From a virus (taxonomy: Duplodnaviria; Caudoviricetes), in IMG/VR virus record IMGVR_UViG_3300046804_004123, positions 1 to 64,000 of that record: a DNA stretch of 64,000 nt. One strand, given 5' to 3'. Both the position numbers and the translations under genes were made by a program. The notes beneath the pieces were generated by a model. That model made no database searches and had not been told where the DNA came from. It saw only the letters and a list, made by a program, of their open reading frames with translations. How positions within the stretch are numbered: the stretch's first letter is position 1; each line of letters starts with the position of its first letter. Below are positions 44,003-53,872 of this stretch, piece by piece.

Positions 44003-44506
44003 TTATTGATTAAAAAAACTTGAAGGTGGTTTTGGAAAAGATTGTGAAGGTTTTTCACCTGGAGCTTTGCTTCCTAATTTATGATATAATTGAGGTTGAA
44101 TAGCGTTATACCAATTTAAAGTTCTTTTAAATTCAGAGCTTTTTTTCTGTTCTGCTTGGGATTGTGTAATTTCATATTTTGGATCACTTCTACCAAACAC
44201 ACCTAAAATTAACGGTATTGGTTTTACGTGAGAATTATTCATAAAAATTCCAACAACCCATTCTCCACCAGTAATACCTATGCTCATTCTATTTAGAGCA
44301 CCATGACTTGTTGATCTTAATATAATTGCCCAGGGCAAATCTTCGTCTTTAATTTTATTTCCTTCAGATGGGTGAAGACCAAGAATTCTAATTTTTACTC
44401 TATCCCCCCACCCGTTTGGATCTTGCATATTAATAGTTTGTCCTAAAGGAACTTGTCCTATAAACCAATTTGGAGGTGATTTTCCAAAAAAACTAGGATC
44501 AAACAT
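44003..44506 (-). CDS. gp5: gp5 N-terminal OB-fold domain
   Basis: WFIGQV...RVKIRILGLH...DEDLPWA...GEWVVGIF...PLILGV. Confidence 0.8.
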   Translation of the reverse strand: MFDPSFFGKSPPNWFIGQVPLGQTINMQDPNGWGDRVKIRILGLHPSEGNKIKDEDLPWAIILRSTSHGALNRMSIGITGGEWVVGIFMNNSHVKPIPLILGVFGRSDPKYEITQSQAEQKKSSEFKRTLNWYNAIQPQLYHKLGSKAPGEKPSQSFPKPPSSFFNQ

Positions 44507-44515
44507 TTTTTTTAT

Positions 44516-45805
44516 TTAACTACTTTTATATATTCCAAATGTATCACGAACTATTCTTAATGATGTATAAGAATATCTTGAAGTAAAATTATGACACAGA
44601 TGAGTAATAAGATATTTTCCACTCTGCAATTGTCCTATTGATCCAGAACTTAAATTTTCGGAAGATATTTTTGCAAATTGACACTCTATAGTATCACCTG
44701 CCTTTAATTTTAAATTACAAGGAATTGTAATATCCAAAACTTGAGACATCAATAAATTATACCTCATTAAAGATTGTGGAAGATAAAATCTTTGATTGTT
44801 AGTAACAACTGTGCTTATACCAGGATCATTAAGACCTGAATCTAATATGAAAAAATTAGTTCTTGTAAAATTTTCATTTTCATTAAAAACTTCAGAATAA
44901 TCAGTATAATTATTCAAAGTTTCAAATCCAAGACTTGATAAATTAATAAATTCTTGTTTATATTCAAAACTACTGAGATCAAAAGATATATTTTTAGTTC
45001 TGAAAAGACCAGATCTCAAATCATTAGTAAGGTTTGAATTGTTTTTATAACTTGGTGAATTTAAAATTCTATAATTAACTTCAGTACCTTCAATATGACT
45101 TTGTGAAATTTGATGATACTTATAAGTTTCTACGGGACTTGATTTTACCAAAGTATCTAATGCTTTGAAATGAAGTCCTTCTTTAGTTTCCCAAAAAAAG
45201 AATCCTGGACCACCAGATGTAGAAACAGATCTAGATGCCATTTCTATACAAATATCAAATGCTCTTTGACCCAAACCATTAATAGAATCACTATTTGATG
45301 TGGAATCAATATCTAATTTATCTTCCGAAACTTTTAATTCATCCACTAAAAGTTTTTTTATGGAACTTGAAATGGTATTATAATATTTTGAATAAATGTT
45401 AGAATTTTCATTATCAATTGAATATTTGGAAACTAATCTAAGAACAACAGATTCTCTCTGATTGTTTTCTTGAAATATAGGAATTGGATTAGAAACATAT
45501 AATGGATTTGAAGTAAAATCAAGTTGACCAGAAGCATTTTCTATTTTAAAAGAAATTTTTTCTCTTCCTCTACCTTGAATGGGAAGTGCCTCTAATAAAG
45601 TTCCCGTTCTCTCCTGAACATCTACAGATTTATTTGATTTAGCAAGATCACCAGTATCAACATAAGTTAAAGACCCAGTAATTACTGGTGAAAAAATACT
45701 TTCATAATATGAGAAATTCACAGTTTTCCAATCTATAAAAATACTAGTATCATCTCTAGTAATTTTAATTTCTTTATATTGAGAAGGTCTTGAAAAACTT
45801 GACAT
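44516..45805 (-). CDS. gp27-like baseplate hub protein
   Basis: YYESIFSP.ITG, FFFWET.EG.HFK, L.AGD.I, SGKYLITHLCH. Confidence 0.75.
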   Translation of the reverse strand: MSSFSRPSQYKEIKITRDDTSIFIDWKTVNFSYYESIFSPVITGSLTYVDTGDLAKSNKSVDVQERTGTLLEALPIQGRGREKISFKIENASGQLDFTSNPLYVSNPIPIFQENNQRESVVLRLVSKYSIDNENSNIYSKYYNTISSSIKKLLVDELKVSEDKLDIDSTSNSDSINGLGQRAFDICIEMASRSVSTSGGPGFFFWETKEGLHFKALDTLVKSSPVETYKYHQISQSHIEGTEVNYRILNSPSYKNNSNLTNDLRSGLFRTKNISFDLSSFEYKQEFINLSSLGFETLNNYTDYSEVFNENENFTRTNFFILDSGLNDPGISTVVTNNQRFYLPQSLMRYNLLMSQVLDITIPCNLKLKAGDTIECQFAKISSENLSSGSIGQLQSGKYLITHLCHNFTSRYSYTSLRIVRDTFGIYKSS

Positions 45806-45809
45806 GTTT

Positions 45810-48599
45810 TTATGAAAGTGTAGATCTTAAACTTCTTGAAGCAGAAGAATTTTGTGAAATATAAATTGGAACTATTTGGGTTGGACCAGGAACAGGTTGT
45901 GGAACAACTTTTTCTATTACTGCCACAGTTGGTCTATCTATGACAGTCACAGAAGCATTTCCACCATCAAAATCATTTTGATGAAGACGCATTTGCTCTA
46001 AAGCTCGTTCTTCAGGACTTTTTCTCTTTTTATTAAGTTCATATTGCAAATAATTTTGTATATCTTTAAGTAATTTTAAATTAGAACCTTTAGTATCATA
46101 AGCAGATTGAAATAATCCTGTTCCAAAAATACCTCTAGTATCTTTAATTTCCAGTTTACCATCTATAATTTCTAAAGATAAATTTTGTTGTCCAAATATT
46201 TTTTTATCTACTCCCAGATCTCTCATTAAATTTGTTATATTAGTTCTTAAAGATTGGGCATTCATTTGTGCCTGTGGAGATCCTGGCTTCAAATTTGGTT
46301 GAGGTTGAGTTGAAGGTTTTAGAATTTCTATTTTTGCATTATCAACAACACCACCACGATCTGGATCTTTTTTAAGAGTTCCTGGTGGAAATCCTTTTAA
46401 CTTTTCCATAGCGGTTGGACTCAAATCCAAAACTCTATCTCCAACATACGGTCCTCTATCAGTAATTGTCACAATTACACTTCTACTACCAGAAGTAATT
46501 TTAACTTTTGTTCCAAATGGAAGTGATTTATGAGCAGCCGTTAATTCATTACCAGTATATACTGATCCACTAGCGGTTCTTTTTCCATAAAATCCTGGAC
46601 CATACCAACTAATTTGTCCACTTAATGTTTGACCAGATGGGACTAAATTTGGTTTTTGTTGAGGAACAGCTCTTGTTCCTCCAGAAGCTCTTAATGAATT
46701 GGCAAATTGTACTAACTCTTGATTGGAAGCTCTAAATCCAACACCATTTAAATGGAGTGAAATGTGTGGATATACACCATTACTTGAACTAATACTTCTA
46801 CCAGAAGCACCTTGATATCCTAATAAAGTTCCTTTTGGGATGACTTCCCCATCATTAGTTCCCTTATAAGGCATATCTCTAAAATGCCCCATAAGAACTT
46901 CATATTCTTTATCCTTTTCTTTAAAGAAATAGGCACCATAAAATCCAAATCCATGCCCAGATGGTCCTAAAGCATCTGGAGTTCCTTGAAGACCAACAGA
47001 TGGTCCACCTTTTGTTCCCTTTTTCTTATAAATTAAATCTCTTGGAGCATAAATTGGTGTTCCTATACCTCCTGGTAAATTCATGTTTAAACCAGTTTGT
47101 TCTCCGTCAGTATCTCCAGGAGGTCCAATCCAGGCACCCGATGCAAATCCGCCAACTGCTCCAGGATCATAATCATCTGGCGACTCTGTTTGATCATTTG
47201 GAGTTCTTCTTGATCCAGAATCTGTATCTTTATATTTCTTTCTTATATCAAGAAGATTATTATAACTCTTCATAAAATCATTCAATAGTTTGAGATTTTT
47301 TTCTTCTCCAATTAACGTTCTTTCTTCCTTATTAACATTATTCTCAAACATCTTAAAATAATTTACAGTTTCTCTTGCCTTTCTTCCTTTTGCAGTTCCT
47401 GCTGGTGATGCGTAAGGACTTGCATAAGACTGCCCACCACTTTTAGTTGTTAAGTTAACATCAGAAGGACTACCTCTTCCAGTTCCTTCTGACGGTGGTA
47501 TATTTCCAATTCCTCTTCCAAAACCAAACATGTTACCAAAGAAGTTTCTAATTGTTCCACCAACAGAAAGTTTTTGAACTTTTTGTGCTTGATTTACTGC
47601 CTGGTATCTTTCTCGTTCTTGCTTGGTAAAACTCGCACTTTGCCAAGAGTTTGGTAATTTATTTGCAGTTCCAGATTTATCATTAGGATCCATAACACCC
47701 ATAATTTTTGTTCCATTACGAGTAATAGGTGCCATAATTAATGGTTTAGCTCCTTTTACTGGTGTATTAGTTCCTGATTGTAATAATAAACTAGTTCCTG
47801 TATTGGGATTATATCCAGGTGCTGGTGCTGCTTGTGCTTTTTGTGCTCTTTGTTGTATTGATTGATTATATTGTTGAGCACCTTTTTTTACTGCAGGGTT
47901 TTGTAGTGCAGTTTTATAATTTGCATAAGTTTTTCCAGTTGTACTTGAATAATATTTCCCTTTACTTCTGGCATATGCTTGTGCCGCTTTTGCTGGTGGT
48001 TTATAACCCAAAAATGTCATTAATGCTTTAATTCCATCATCTAATTGATTGAATAAAGTTATTGCCTTTCCAATTTCTTTTTCTGCAGTTTTTATAGTAT
48101 CAAGTGCAAATTTAAATGAACCACCAATCACGGGCATTAGGGTTTTGGTTAATTCTAAAATACCCATCATACCTTTGGCAATAATATCAAAAGCAAATTT
48201 TAAAACTTTACCTATCCATGGATTATCTTCAAAAAACTTTTTTATTTTTCCTAGTACATCTTGAAGTTTTTTAACTATCATCGGTAAATTGTTTACCAGA
48301 ATTCCTAATAAAATTATTCCAAAAAGTTCTTTTAATTTATCAATAATACTTAATGGTTTTGCCAACAACATTCCACCAATATTTTTTAATGTAGATCCAA
48401 TAGTGCGTGGAGACTCAATTTTTTTCTCTTTCTCTTCAACTTTCTTTTTCTTCATTTGAAATAAAGAAAACTTTTTCTTTTCTTTTTTAATTTTATCTAA
48501 TTTCTTTCTATTAAAAACTAAAAGACTTTTAATGTTAAAAATGTTTAACTTTAGTTTCTTTGTATTTTTTTCTGCTGGTTTTCTTTCTGTTAGTTTCAT
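45810..48599 (-). CDS. Tape-measure-like virion protein with degenerate M23/LytM and RlpA-like lytic transglycosylase domains
   Basis: ISWYGPGFYGKRTASG...TAAHKSLPFGT...DRGPY...LDLS (RlpA DPBB); GTPIYAP...GH...G.QG.SG...PH (M23-like). Confidence 0.75.
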   Translation of the reverse strand: MKLTERKPAEKNTKKLKLNIFNIKSLLVFNRKKLDKIKKEKKKFSLFQMKKKKVEEKEKKIESPRTIGSTLKNIGGMLLAKPLSIIDKLKELFGIILLGILVNNLPMIVKKLQDVLGKIKKFFEDNPWIGKVLKFAFDIIAKGMMGILELTKTLMPVIGGSFKFALDTIKTAEKEIGKAITLFNQLDDGIKALMTFLGYKPPAKAAQAYARSKGKYYSSTTGKTYANYKTALQNPAVKKGAQQYNQSIQQRAQKAQAAPAPGYNPNTGTSLLLQSGTNTPVKGAKPLIMAPITRNGTKIMGVMDPNDKSGTANKLPNSWQSASFTKQERERYQAVNQAQKVQKLSVGGTIRNFFGNMFGFGRGIGNIPPSEGTGRGSPSDVNLTTKSGGQSYASPYASPAGTAKGRKARETVNYFKMFENNVNKEERTLIGEEKNLKLLNDFMKSYNNLLDIRKKYKDTDSGSRRTPNDQTESPDDYDPGAVGGFASGAWIGPPGDTDGEQTGLNMNLPGGIGTPIYAPRDLIYKKKGTKGGPSVGLQGTPDALGPSGHGFGFYGAYFFKEKDKEYEVLMGHFRDMPYKGTNDGEVIPKGTLLGYQGASGRSISSSNGVYPHISLHLNGVGFRASNQELVQFANSLRASGGTRAVPQQKPNLVPSGQTLSGQISWYGPGFYGKRTASGSVYTGNELTAAHKSLPFGTKVKITSGSRSVIVTITDRGPYVGDRVLDLSPTAMEKLKGFPPGTLKKDPDRGGVVDNAKIEILKPSTQPQPNLKPGSPQAQMNAQSLRTNITNLMRDLGVDKKIFGQQNLSLEIIDGKLEIKDTRGIFGTGLFQSAYDTKGSNLKLLKDIQNYLQYELNKKRKSPEERALEQMRLHQNDFDGGNASVTVIDRPTVAVIEKVVPQPVPGPTQIVPIYISQNSSASRSLRSTLS

Positions 48600-48605
48600 G
48601 GTTTA

Positions 48606-51236
48606 TTACACTACTACGATGCCGTACATGGAAGGAGTCATAAACACGTAATCATTACTTTCATCAATAGGAGAAATAGAAGGTACTGATGTTCCAGAAG
48701 GTGATGATGGTGACAAAGGTTTAGATCCAGTAGATCCCAAATTCATGGTCTTTGTTGGTAATGTTATATAATTAATAGATGGTTTTTGTTTAGAAACTTG
48801 ATATTTTGATGTGCCACTAATGGTTTCTTTTACTGGAATAACATATAATTTAGTATTATCAACAAAAGGTTTTTCTGAAAAACCTTTTGTTGGACGTTGA
48901 ATTATTTTTTGAGTTATATCAATTGGATTATTTACAATTACTTTTGGTTCAATAGTTGATATTTGTGGAGGAGTAATTTTTTGCTGTGGTTGAGGAGCAA
49001 TTTTTGAACTATCCGCAGGCATATCAACCTTTGGCATCTTCATCGGTTGAGCATTTTGCGGTAAAGACTGTGTATTAGAAAGAACTGGTGTGTTTGATGA
49101 TTTTCCTCCGCTTCCAAGTGTAGGTCTAATTCCACCACCCCCAGGAGGTCTTCTTGCTGATCTATTTTTTCTTTTTATTTCATTAGACTCTTTATCAAGT
49201 AAATTTTTAAATTCTTCTAAAACCTTATTGAACTCAAAAATTATATCAGATTTCATCGCATTAACAGTATCTTGTCTTTTAACTGCATTTGCAAAACTCT
49301 GCCACAATCTACCAGCATTTTCACTAATATCTTTTAATAATGGTCTAAAAAGCATCGATGGGCGAGTAGGAATAACCTCTTCACCAGGAGCAAGTAATGC
49401 TTTTCCATAATTACCAAGTTGTTTTGCTCCAGATGCAATCATCGCAGGAACACTATCAATTCCTAAAGATCCTGGTCCACCAACAGTTCCACCACCAGCA
49501 AATAATGCAGGAATTGTTCCACCTTTATTGAAAGATAATCCAGAAGTAATAGTATCCCTAATATCTGTAGGAAGATTTACTCCTCTTTTTAAAAGTTGTT
49601 CTGCTGCAACATTTCTAGTTATTTTATTTCTAGATTTTAATAATGTGAGTAATTCATCATCGGATGCATTTGCGTAAAAAGATCTCTCGGCCTTTACAAT
49701 ATCCTGGTCTTGTGATTTATTCAAATTATTTTCTATTTTACGTCTAATTAAAGTTTTATTTACAACTTCTGGATTAAGTTTTTTTTGCGGTCTTATAGTT
49801 TTTGTAGTAGGTTCAGAAACAGTTTGTTCTGGAATAACATTAACTGTTCTCTGTGGTTTTACTGTAGGTTCAGTTGGTTCTGGTGTTAATTTTGGTTTTG
49901 GGAAGGATCTACTAGATTGTGGCAGTCCAGTTCTTCCTCTCAATCTTCCTCCAGGTAAGGCATTTACAAGTGCAAATAATCCTAAAAGTCCTTCAAATCC
50001 TTGGGTAGCATTTTGTTGTTGAGTTGCTCGACCTGGTTGAAAAACAACTTTAGGATTATAATCTCTCTTTGAAAAAACACCAGTTGAATTGGTAGCTTCA
50101 ACTATTATTATATCACCTTGTTTTGTTGTTGTTCTTTGTTGTTTATATCCAGACTGATAATACTGTGTTACAAGATTTTGAACAACTGTTTGAAGATTTT
50201 TAGGAATATTTTGTTGTTTTACTGCAGTAGATGCTGCTAATTGAGGACTAGGAGTAGCTTGATTTTGTTGAACTGCTTGTGTTGCTGTTACGGGAGTTGC
50301 CGCTTGTGGTGGTGGAGGAGCAGCTGCTGGTGCTGGAACTGGTGGTATGGGTAATCCTTTCTGATTTAATAATTTTCTAACGGGTTCAAACGCATTTGTT
50401 GCAATAATCAGGCTAGCAAGAGCCTCAAGCATCGGACCACTTCTTCTAGGATTTCTGACTAAACTATCAATACAATCCTTAAGAGGTAAACAATCATCTA
50501 CATTTTGTGCAGGAGACTTTGGACAATTACAAGGAAGTTTTGGTTTTGATCTGAAGAAATCTATAAGACCTTTAAGTGCATTCGCAACCTTTAATATCTT
50601 TCTAACTAATCCTAATAATTTAATAGCACCAAAAACTATTAAAAGTTCTTTCCAATAATCTTTTAGGAACTGGAAGAACTGCTTAAGTTTCTCTTGGTTT
50701 TCTGGTTTCTGTAACCATCTGAATGCATTATTGATTAAAATACCAGTAAATATTATTGAAAAAAAATCAATTAATTTTTGAAAAATACTTTTTGCTGGTG
50801 CAAGAATAGTGTTAAAAGTTTTTCCTAAAAATCCTTTAAAACCACTTTCTAATTTGTTCTCTTTATCTTTAACTTTTTCTGCGGCAATTTTCTTTTTTGC
50901 TTCTTCTAGATCTTTTTTCTCTTCTTTAATTCTAGAAAGAAAATCTAAAGATAATTGCTCTTTAATTTGAGATAATAATTTATTAGACTGCTCTAATACT
51001 TTCTGTATTCCAAAATTAGACTGTATATACTTTACTAAACCTTCTTTTTTATTTTCGTCAGTCTTATCTGGAATTAAAGACTCTGGAATTAGTTTTGCTA
51101 ATGGTTTAATAAAACTAAATTTTGTTCTCTTTAATTCAACTCCAGGTTTAATGGCACCACTAATTAACGTAGACTTAATATTTCTACGATTTATTTTTGG
51201 AATAGATGGTGCCTTATAAACCTGATCGATTTCCAC
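48606..51236 (-). CDS. Tape-measure-like / baseplate-associated protein
   Basis: Amphipathic helical N-terminus, FNKGG.IP and DSVPAM...PGEEV motifs, Pro-rich tail. Confidence 0.6.
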   Translation of the reverse strand: MEIDQVYKAPSIPKINRRNIKSTLISGAIKPGVELKRTKFSFIKPLAKLIPESLIPDKTDENKKEGLVKYIQSNFGIQKVLEQSNKLLSQIKEQLSLDFLSRIKEEKKDLEEAKKKIAAEKVKDKENKLESGFKGFLGKTFNTILAPAKSIFQKLIDFFSIIFTGILINNAFRWLQKPENQEKLKQFFQFLKDYWKELLIVFGAIKLLGLVRKILKVANALKGLIDFFRSKPKLPCNCPKSPAQNVDDCLPLKDCIDSLVRNPRRSGPMLEALASLIIATNAFEPVRKLLNQKGLPIPPVPAPAAAPPPPQAATPVTATQAVQQNQATPSPQLAASTAVKQQNIPKNLQTVVQNLVTQYYQSGYKQQRTTTKQGDIIIVEATNSTGVFSKRDYNPKVVFQPGRATQQQNATQGFEGLLGLFALVNALPGGRLRGRTGLPQSSRSFPKPKLTPEPTEPTVKPQRTVNVIPEQTVSEPTTKTIRPQKKLNPEVVNKTLIRRKIENNLNKSQDQDIVKAERSFYANASDDELLTLLKSRNKITRNVAAEQLLKRGVNLPTDIRDTITSGLSFNKGGTIPALFAGGGTVGGPGSLGIDSVPAMIASGAKQLGNYGKALLAPGEEVIPTRPSMLFRPLLKDISENAGRLWQSFANAVKRQDTVNAMKSDIIFEFNKVLEEFKNLLDKESNEIKRKNRSARRPPGGGGIRPTLGSGGKSSNTPVLSNTQSLPQNAQPMKMPKVDMPADSSKIAPQPQQKITPPQISTIEPKVIVNNPIDITQKIIQRPTKGFSEKPFVDNTKLYVIPVKETISGTSKYQVSKQKPSINYITLPTKTMNLGSTGSKPLSPSSPSGTSVPSISPIDESNDYVFMTPSMYGIVVV

Positions 51237-51411
51237 TTTGCTGCTGTGCCTTTAAGTTTTCTTCTTCAACGTGTTGTTGTAAAAGAGAAACGTAGATTTC
51301 TCTTTCCCAAGGCATCATATTCTCTAACTCTGTCAAAGAATATTTATGGTGTTGCATCATGGCAAAATTAATTTTGAAATATGACTCAAGACTAGTATGA
51401 GCCATACTCAA
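51214..51411 (-). CDS. gp51: Baseplate hub assembly protein (gp51-like in cyanophage nomenclature)
   Basis: YFKINFAMMQHHKYSLTELENMMPWEREIYV. Confidence 0.8.
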   Translation of the reverse strand: MSMAHTSLESYFKINFAMMQHHKYSLTELENMMPWEREIYVSLLQQHVEEENLKAQQQSGNRSGL

Positions 51412-52130
51412 GTGAAAAAACTGGCAAGACCCTCCAATACGACTTCACTTTCAACTTTAGTTTTTGGATTTTTAACTTGAATTTTATGCGATAATTTTGG
51501 CATGGTGGTAAAGAAGGTTTCAATCTCCTTCAACTGCTTGGTATTCATCTGATCAACAAATTCTTTCACTTCTTTTTTAGTACAATCTGCTGCAGACCAC
51601 GACTCCTCTTGATTGTAAATCATATCAATACAAGAAACAATCATATCTAAAGATTTATCAACATCATTATTATCACTATTATATTCAAAGTTATTTTCAA
51701 CAAATTGTTCTAGTGATGGATATTTCATCTTCATGGAAAGTTCATCATCTAATCTAACAATTTGAACATGCTCTGGATCTTTTTGAACTTTAATTTCATC
51801 AATACCAATTTCCATCTTAACTTGAGTTTCCCCATCATCTGGGCAAATCACATTAACCTCAACAGTTTCTCCAACTGATTTTGCTCTAACATTTAGGAAA
51901 ATATATTCAATATCAAAAGTTGCAAGATCTGCAATCTTAACACCTTTTGTAAGAATACATTCTGTTAAGATTTGAACAATAGCACTAGTTATCTGCTTCA
52001 TATCTTCAGATTCTAGTGCCATAATAAGAATTTTTTCTTCCCTCACCAAAAAAGGTCTGTATCTTATTTTCTTTCCAGTCGAAGGAATTTCCAACTCATG
52101 AGTTGGAGTATTAATTTTAGGTAAAGGCAT
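51408..52130 (-). CDS. gp26: Baseplate hub subunit gp26
   Basis: MPLPKI.TP...YRPFLVREEKIL...DIEYIFL.VRAKSVGE...LEGLASFF. Confidence 0.9.
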   Translation of the reverse strand: MPLPKINTPTHELEIPSTGKKIRYRPFLVREEKILIMALESEDMKQITSAIVQILTECILTKGVKIADLATFDIEYIFLNVRAKSVGETVEVNVICPDDGETQVKMEIGIDEIKVQKDPEHVQIVRLDDELSMKMKYPSLEQFVENNFEYNSDNNDVDKSLDMIVSCIDMIYNQEESWSAADCTKKEVKEFVDQMNTKQLKEIETFFTTMPKLSHKIQVKNPKTKVESEVVLEGLASFFT

Positions 52131-52160
52131 AATCCTTTAATACAATTCAGGTATGATTAT

Positions 52161-52982
52161 TTAGGGAACTAGGTTTCCATATGGATCCAACTGATATGTT
52201 GGACCATATGGACCATATGGTTTATATTGTTGGGTATATTGTTCAACTCCCGAAAGCAAGTTTGCGATAGGATCATTAGCAGCGTTTTCTTCAACAACAA
52301 GAGGAGCAAATTCTCTTCTCATAATATAACGATCATAATTCATAGTAACAGTAACTTTCATAATTTCTGCTTCTCCGTAAGCAACTGGTATTGATGTAAC
52401 GGACTTAGGAAAAGCATTAACTAATTGGAAAGATATATTTGTGGCTTGAGAAGATGCAAAATCTCTCTCAAATTTCTTTATAAAAAAACCATCAGTTTTA
52501 TAATATTTTGGATAATTATATCTTCTATAATATCCAGGAGTTGGAGAATTATCTCCTTGTATTTGGGGAACAATTCCACCAGCAGCCCCAGAAATAAAAT
52601 CCATCCAAGCCTCAAAAAATCCTAAAACTTTATATTGCCTATCAATATAAAAAGTAAAATCAATATCAGTATTAATTCTTGTATGTGCAAATTCTTGAGC
52701 AACTCCCATATAATTATCCTTTACTTCGGCAGTTGCATATGAAGAAGTTGGAAGAGATGCTTCAGAACATAACAGACCTAATTTATTACCAAAATCTAAA
52801 GTAAAATCAATAGATCCATATTGCGTTCCATTTTTTAAAAATTGTAAAAAAGAAGTTGTATTACTGGGTGATAACCAAGATGGAGTAATTGAAACTTCAA
52901 ATAAATTTGTTCTTGCCAATCCACCGTCTAGGAGAATAGGCAAAGTACTCATATTAACTGTGCCAATCTCTGGTACTTTCAT
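52161..52982 (-). CDS. Tail-tube-like baseplate protein (gp54/gp19-like)
   Basis: LCSEASLP, FTFYID, FFEAW.DFI, L.NAFP.S...V.YG...VTVT..Y. Confidence 0.7.
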   Translation of the reverse strand: MKVPEIGTVNMSTLPILLDGGLARTNLFEVSITPSWLSPSNTTSFLQFLKNGTQYGSIDFTLDFGNKLGLLCSEASLPTSSYATAEVKDNYMGVAQEFAHTRINTDIDFTFYIDRQYKVLGFFEAWMDFISGAAGGIVPQIQGDNSPTPGYYRRYNYPKYYKTDGFFIKKFERDFASSQATNISFQLVNAFPKSVTSIPVAYGEAEIMKVTVTMNYDRYIMRREFAPLVVEENAANDPIANLLSGVEQYTQQYKPYGPYGPTYQLDPYGNLVP

Positions 52983-52984
52983 TT

Positions 52985-53022
52985 CTAAATATCTATAAGA
53001 TACTATGTTATGAATTATTTAG
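52985..53022. promoter_or_regulatory. Two opposed late promoters (CTAAATA on each strand)
   Basis: CTAAATA on + at 52985-52991 and on - at 53016-53022, at the strand switch. Confidence 0.7.
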
Positions 53023-53454
53023 ATGTCATATAAGGGAAAATATAAACCATCATATCCACAAAAATACAAAGGAGATCCTACAAATATTATATACAGATCT
53101 TTGTGGGAAAGAAAGTTCATGGTTTATTGTGATACCAGAGAAAATATTTTAGAATGGGGATCTGAAGAAATTTGTCTCCCATACCGTTCTCCTGTGGATA
53201 ATCGCATTCACAGATATTTTCCAGATTTCTATATTAAAGTAAATGAAAATGGGACGATTAAAAAATATTTAATTGAAGTAAAACCAAAGAAGCAAACGAT
53301 AGAACCAAAAGTTCAAAAAAGAAAAACAAAAGGATACATCTACGAAGTTGTAGAGTATGCAAAAAATCAGGCAAAATGGAGAGCAGCAAGAGAATTCTGC
53401 GAAGATCGTCAGTGGCAATTTAAAATTATCACAGAAGATGAACTAGGTATTTAA
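53023..53454 (+). CDS. gp4: Head completion nuclease gp4
   Basis: KYKGDPTNIIYRSLWERKFM...YFPDF...EVKP...NQAKW.AA. Confidence 0.93.
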   Translation: MSYKGKYKPSYPQKYKGDPTNIIYRSLWERKFMVYCDTRENILEWGSEEICLPYRSPVDNRIHRYFPDFYIKVNENGTIKKYLIEVKPKKQTIEPKVQKRKTKGYIYEVVEYAKNQAKWRAAREFCEDRQWQFKIITEDELGI

Positions 53455-53455
53455 A

Positions 53456-53860
53456 ATGCCAAGAAAAACAATTAAACAAAGAAAAAAAACTAATACTGAT
53501 ACTGATGATAATATTAATAGGATTCGTAATGTAACTAATAATTTAATTGGGAACGAAGATCCAGATGATTTAATGCTTGAGATAATTGATGCATTAACAG
53601 AGAGTGAAAAAGTTCCAAAGACTGGAAAGTATTATGTGTTTGTATATAATCCAAAAACTCCAAATATTCAATATGATCAAAACCCATTAGTTGCGGTTAC
53701 TGATGTTTTTTCATGGGGATTTAGGGGAATTAATTTTCACTGGAGAGAAGTTCGTCAATATACATGGGATGAAATTGCTGGAGGAATTTATGAAGTATAT
53801 CCTTCAGAATTAAAAGACTTACAAACCATTCCATTTGGAAAATTTCGTCTAAATAATTAA
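53456..53860 (+). CDS. gp2-like DNA end protector-related protein
   Basis: YYVFVY.PKT...YDQ.PLV...GF.GINFHW. Confidence 0.6.
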   Translation: MPRKTIKQRKKTNTDTDDNINRIRNVTNNLIGNEDPDDLMLEIIDALTESEKVPKTGKYYVFVYNPKTPNIQYDQNPLVAVTDVFSWGFRGINFHWREVRQYTWDEIAGGIYEVYPSELKDLQTIPFGKFRLNN

Positions 53861-53872
53861 AAAATAGCCAAA

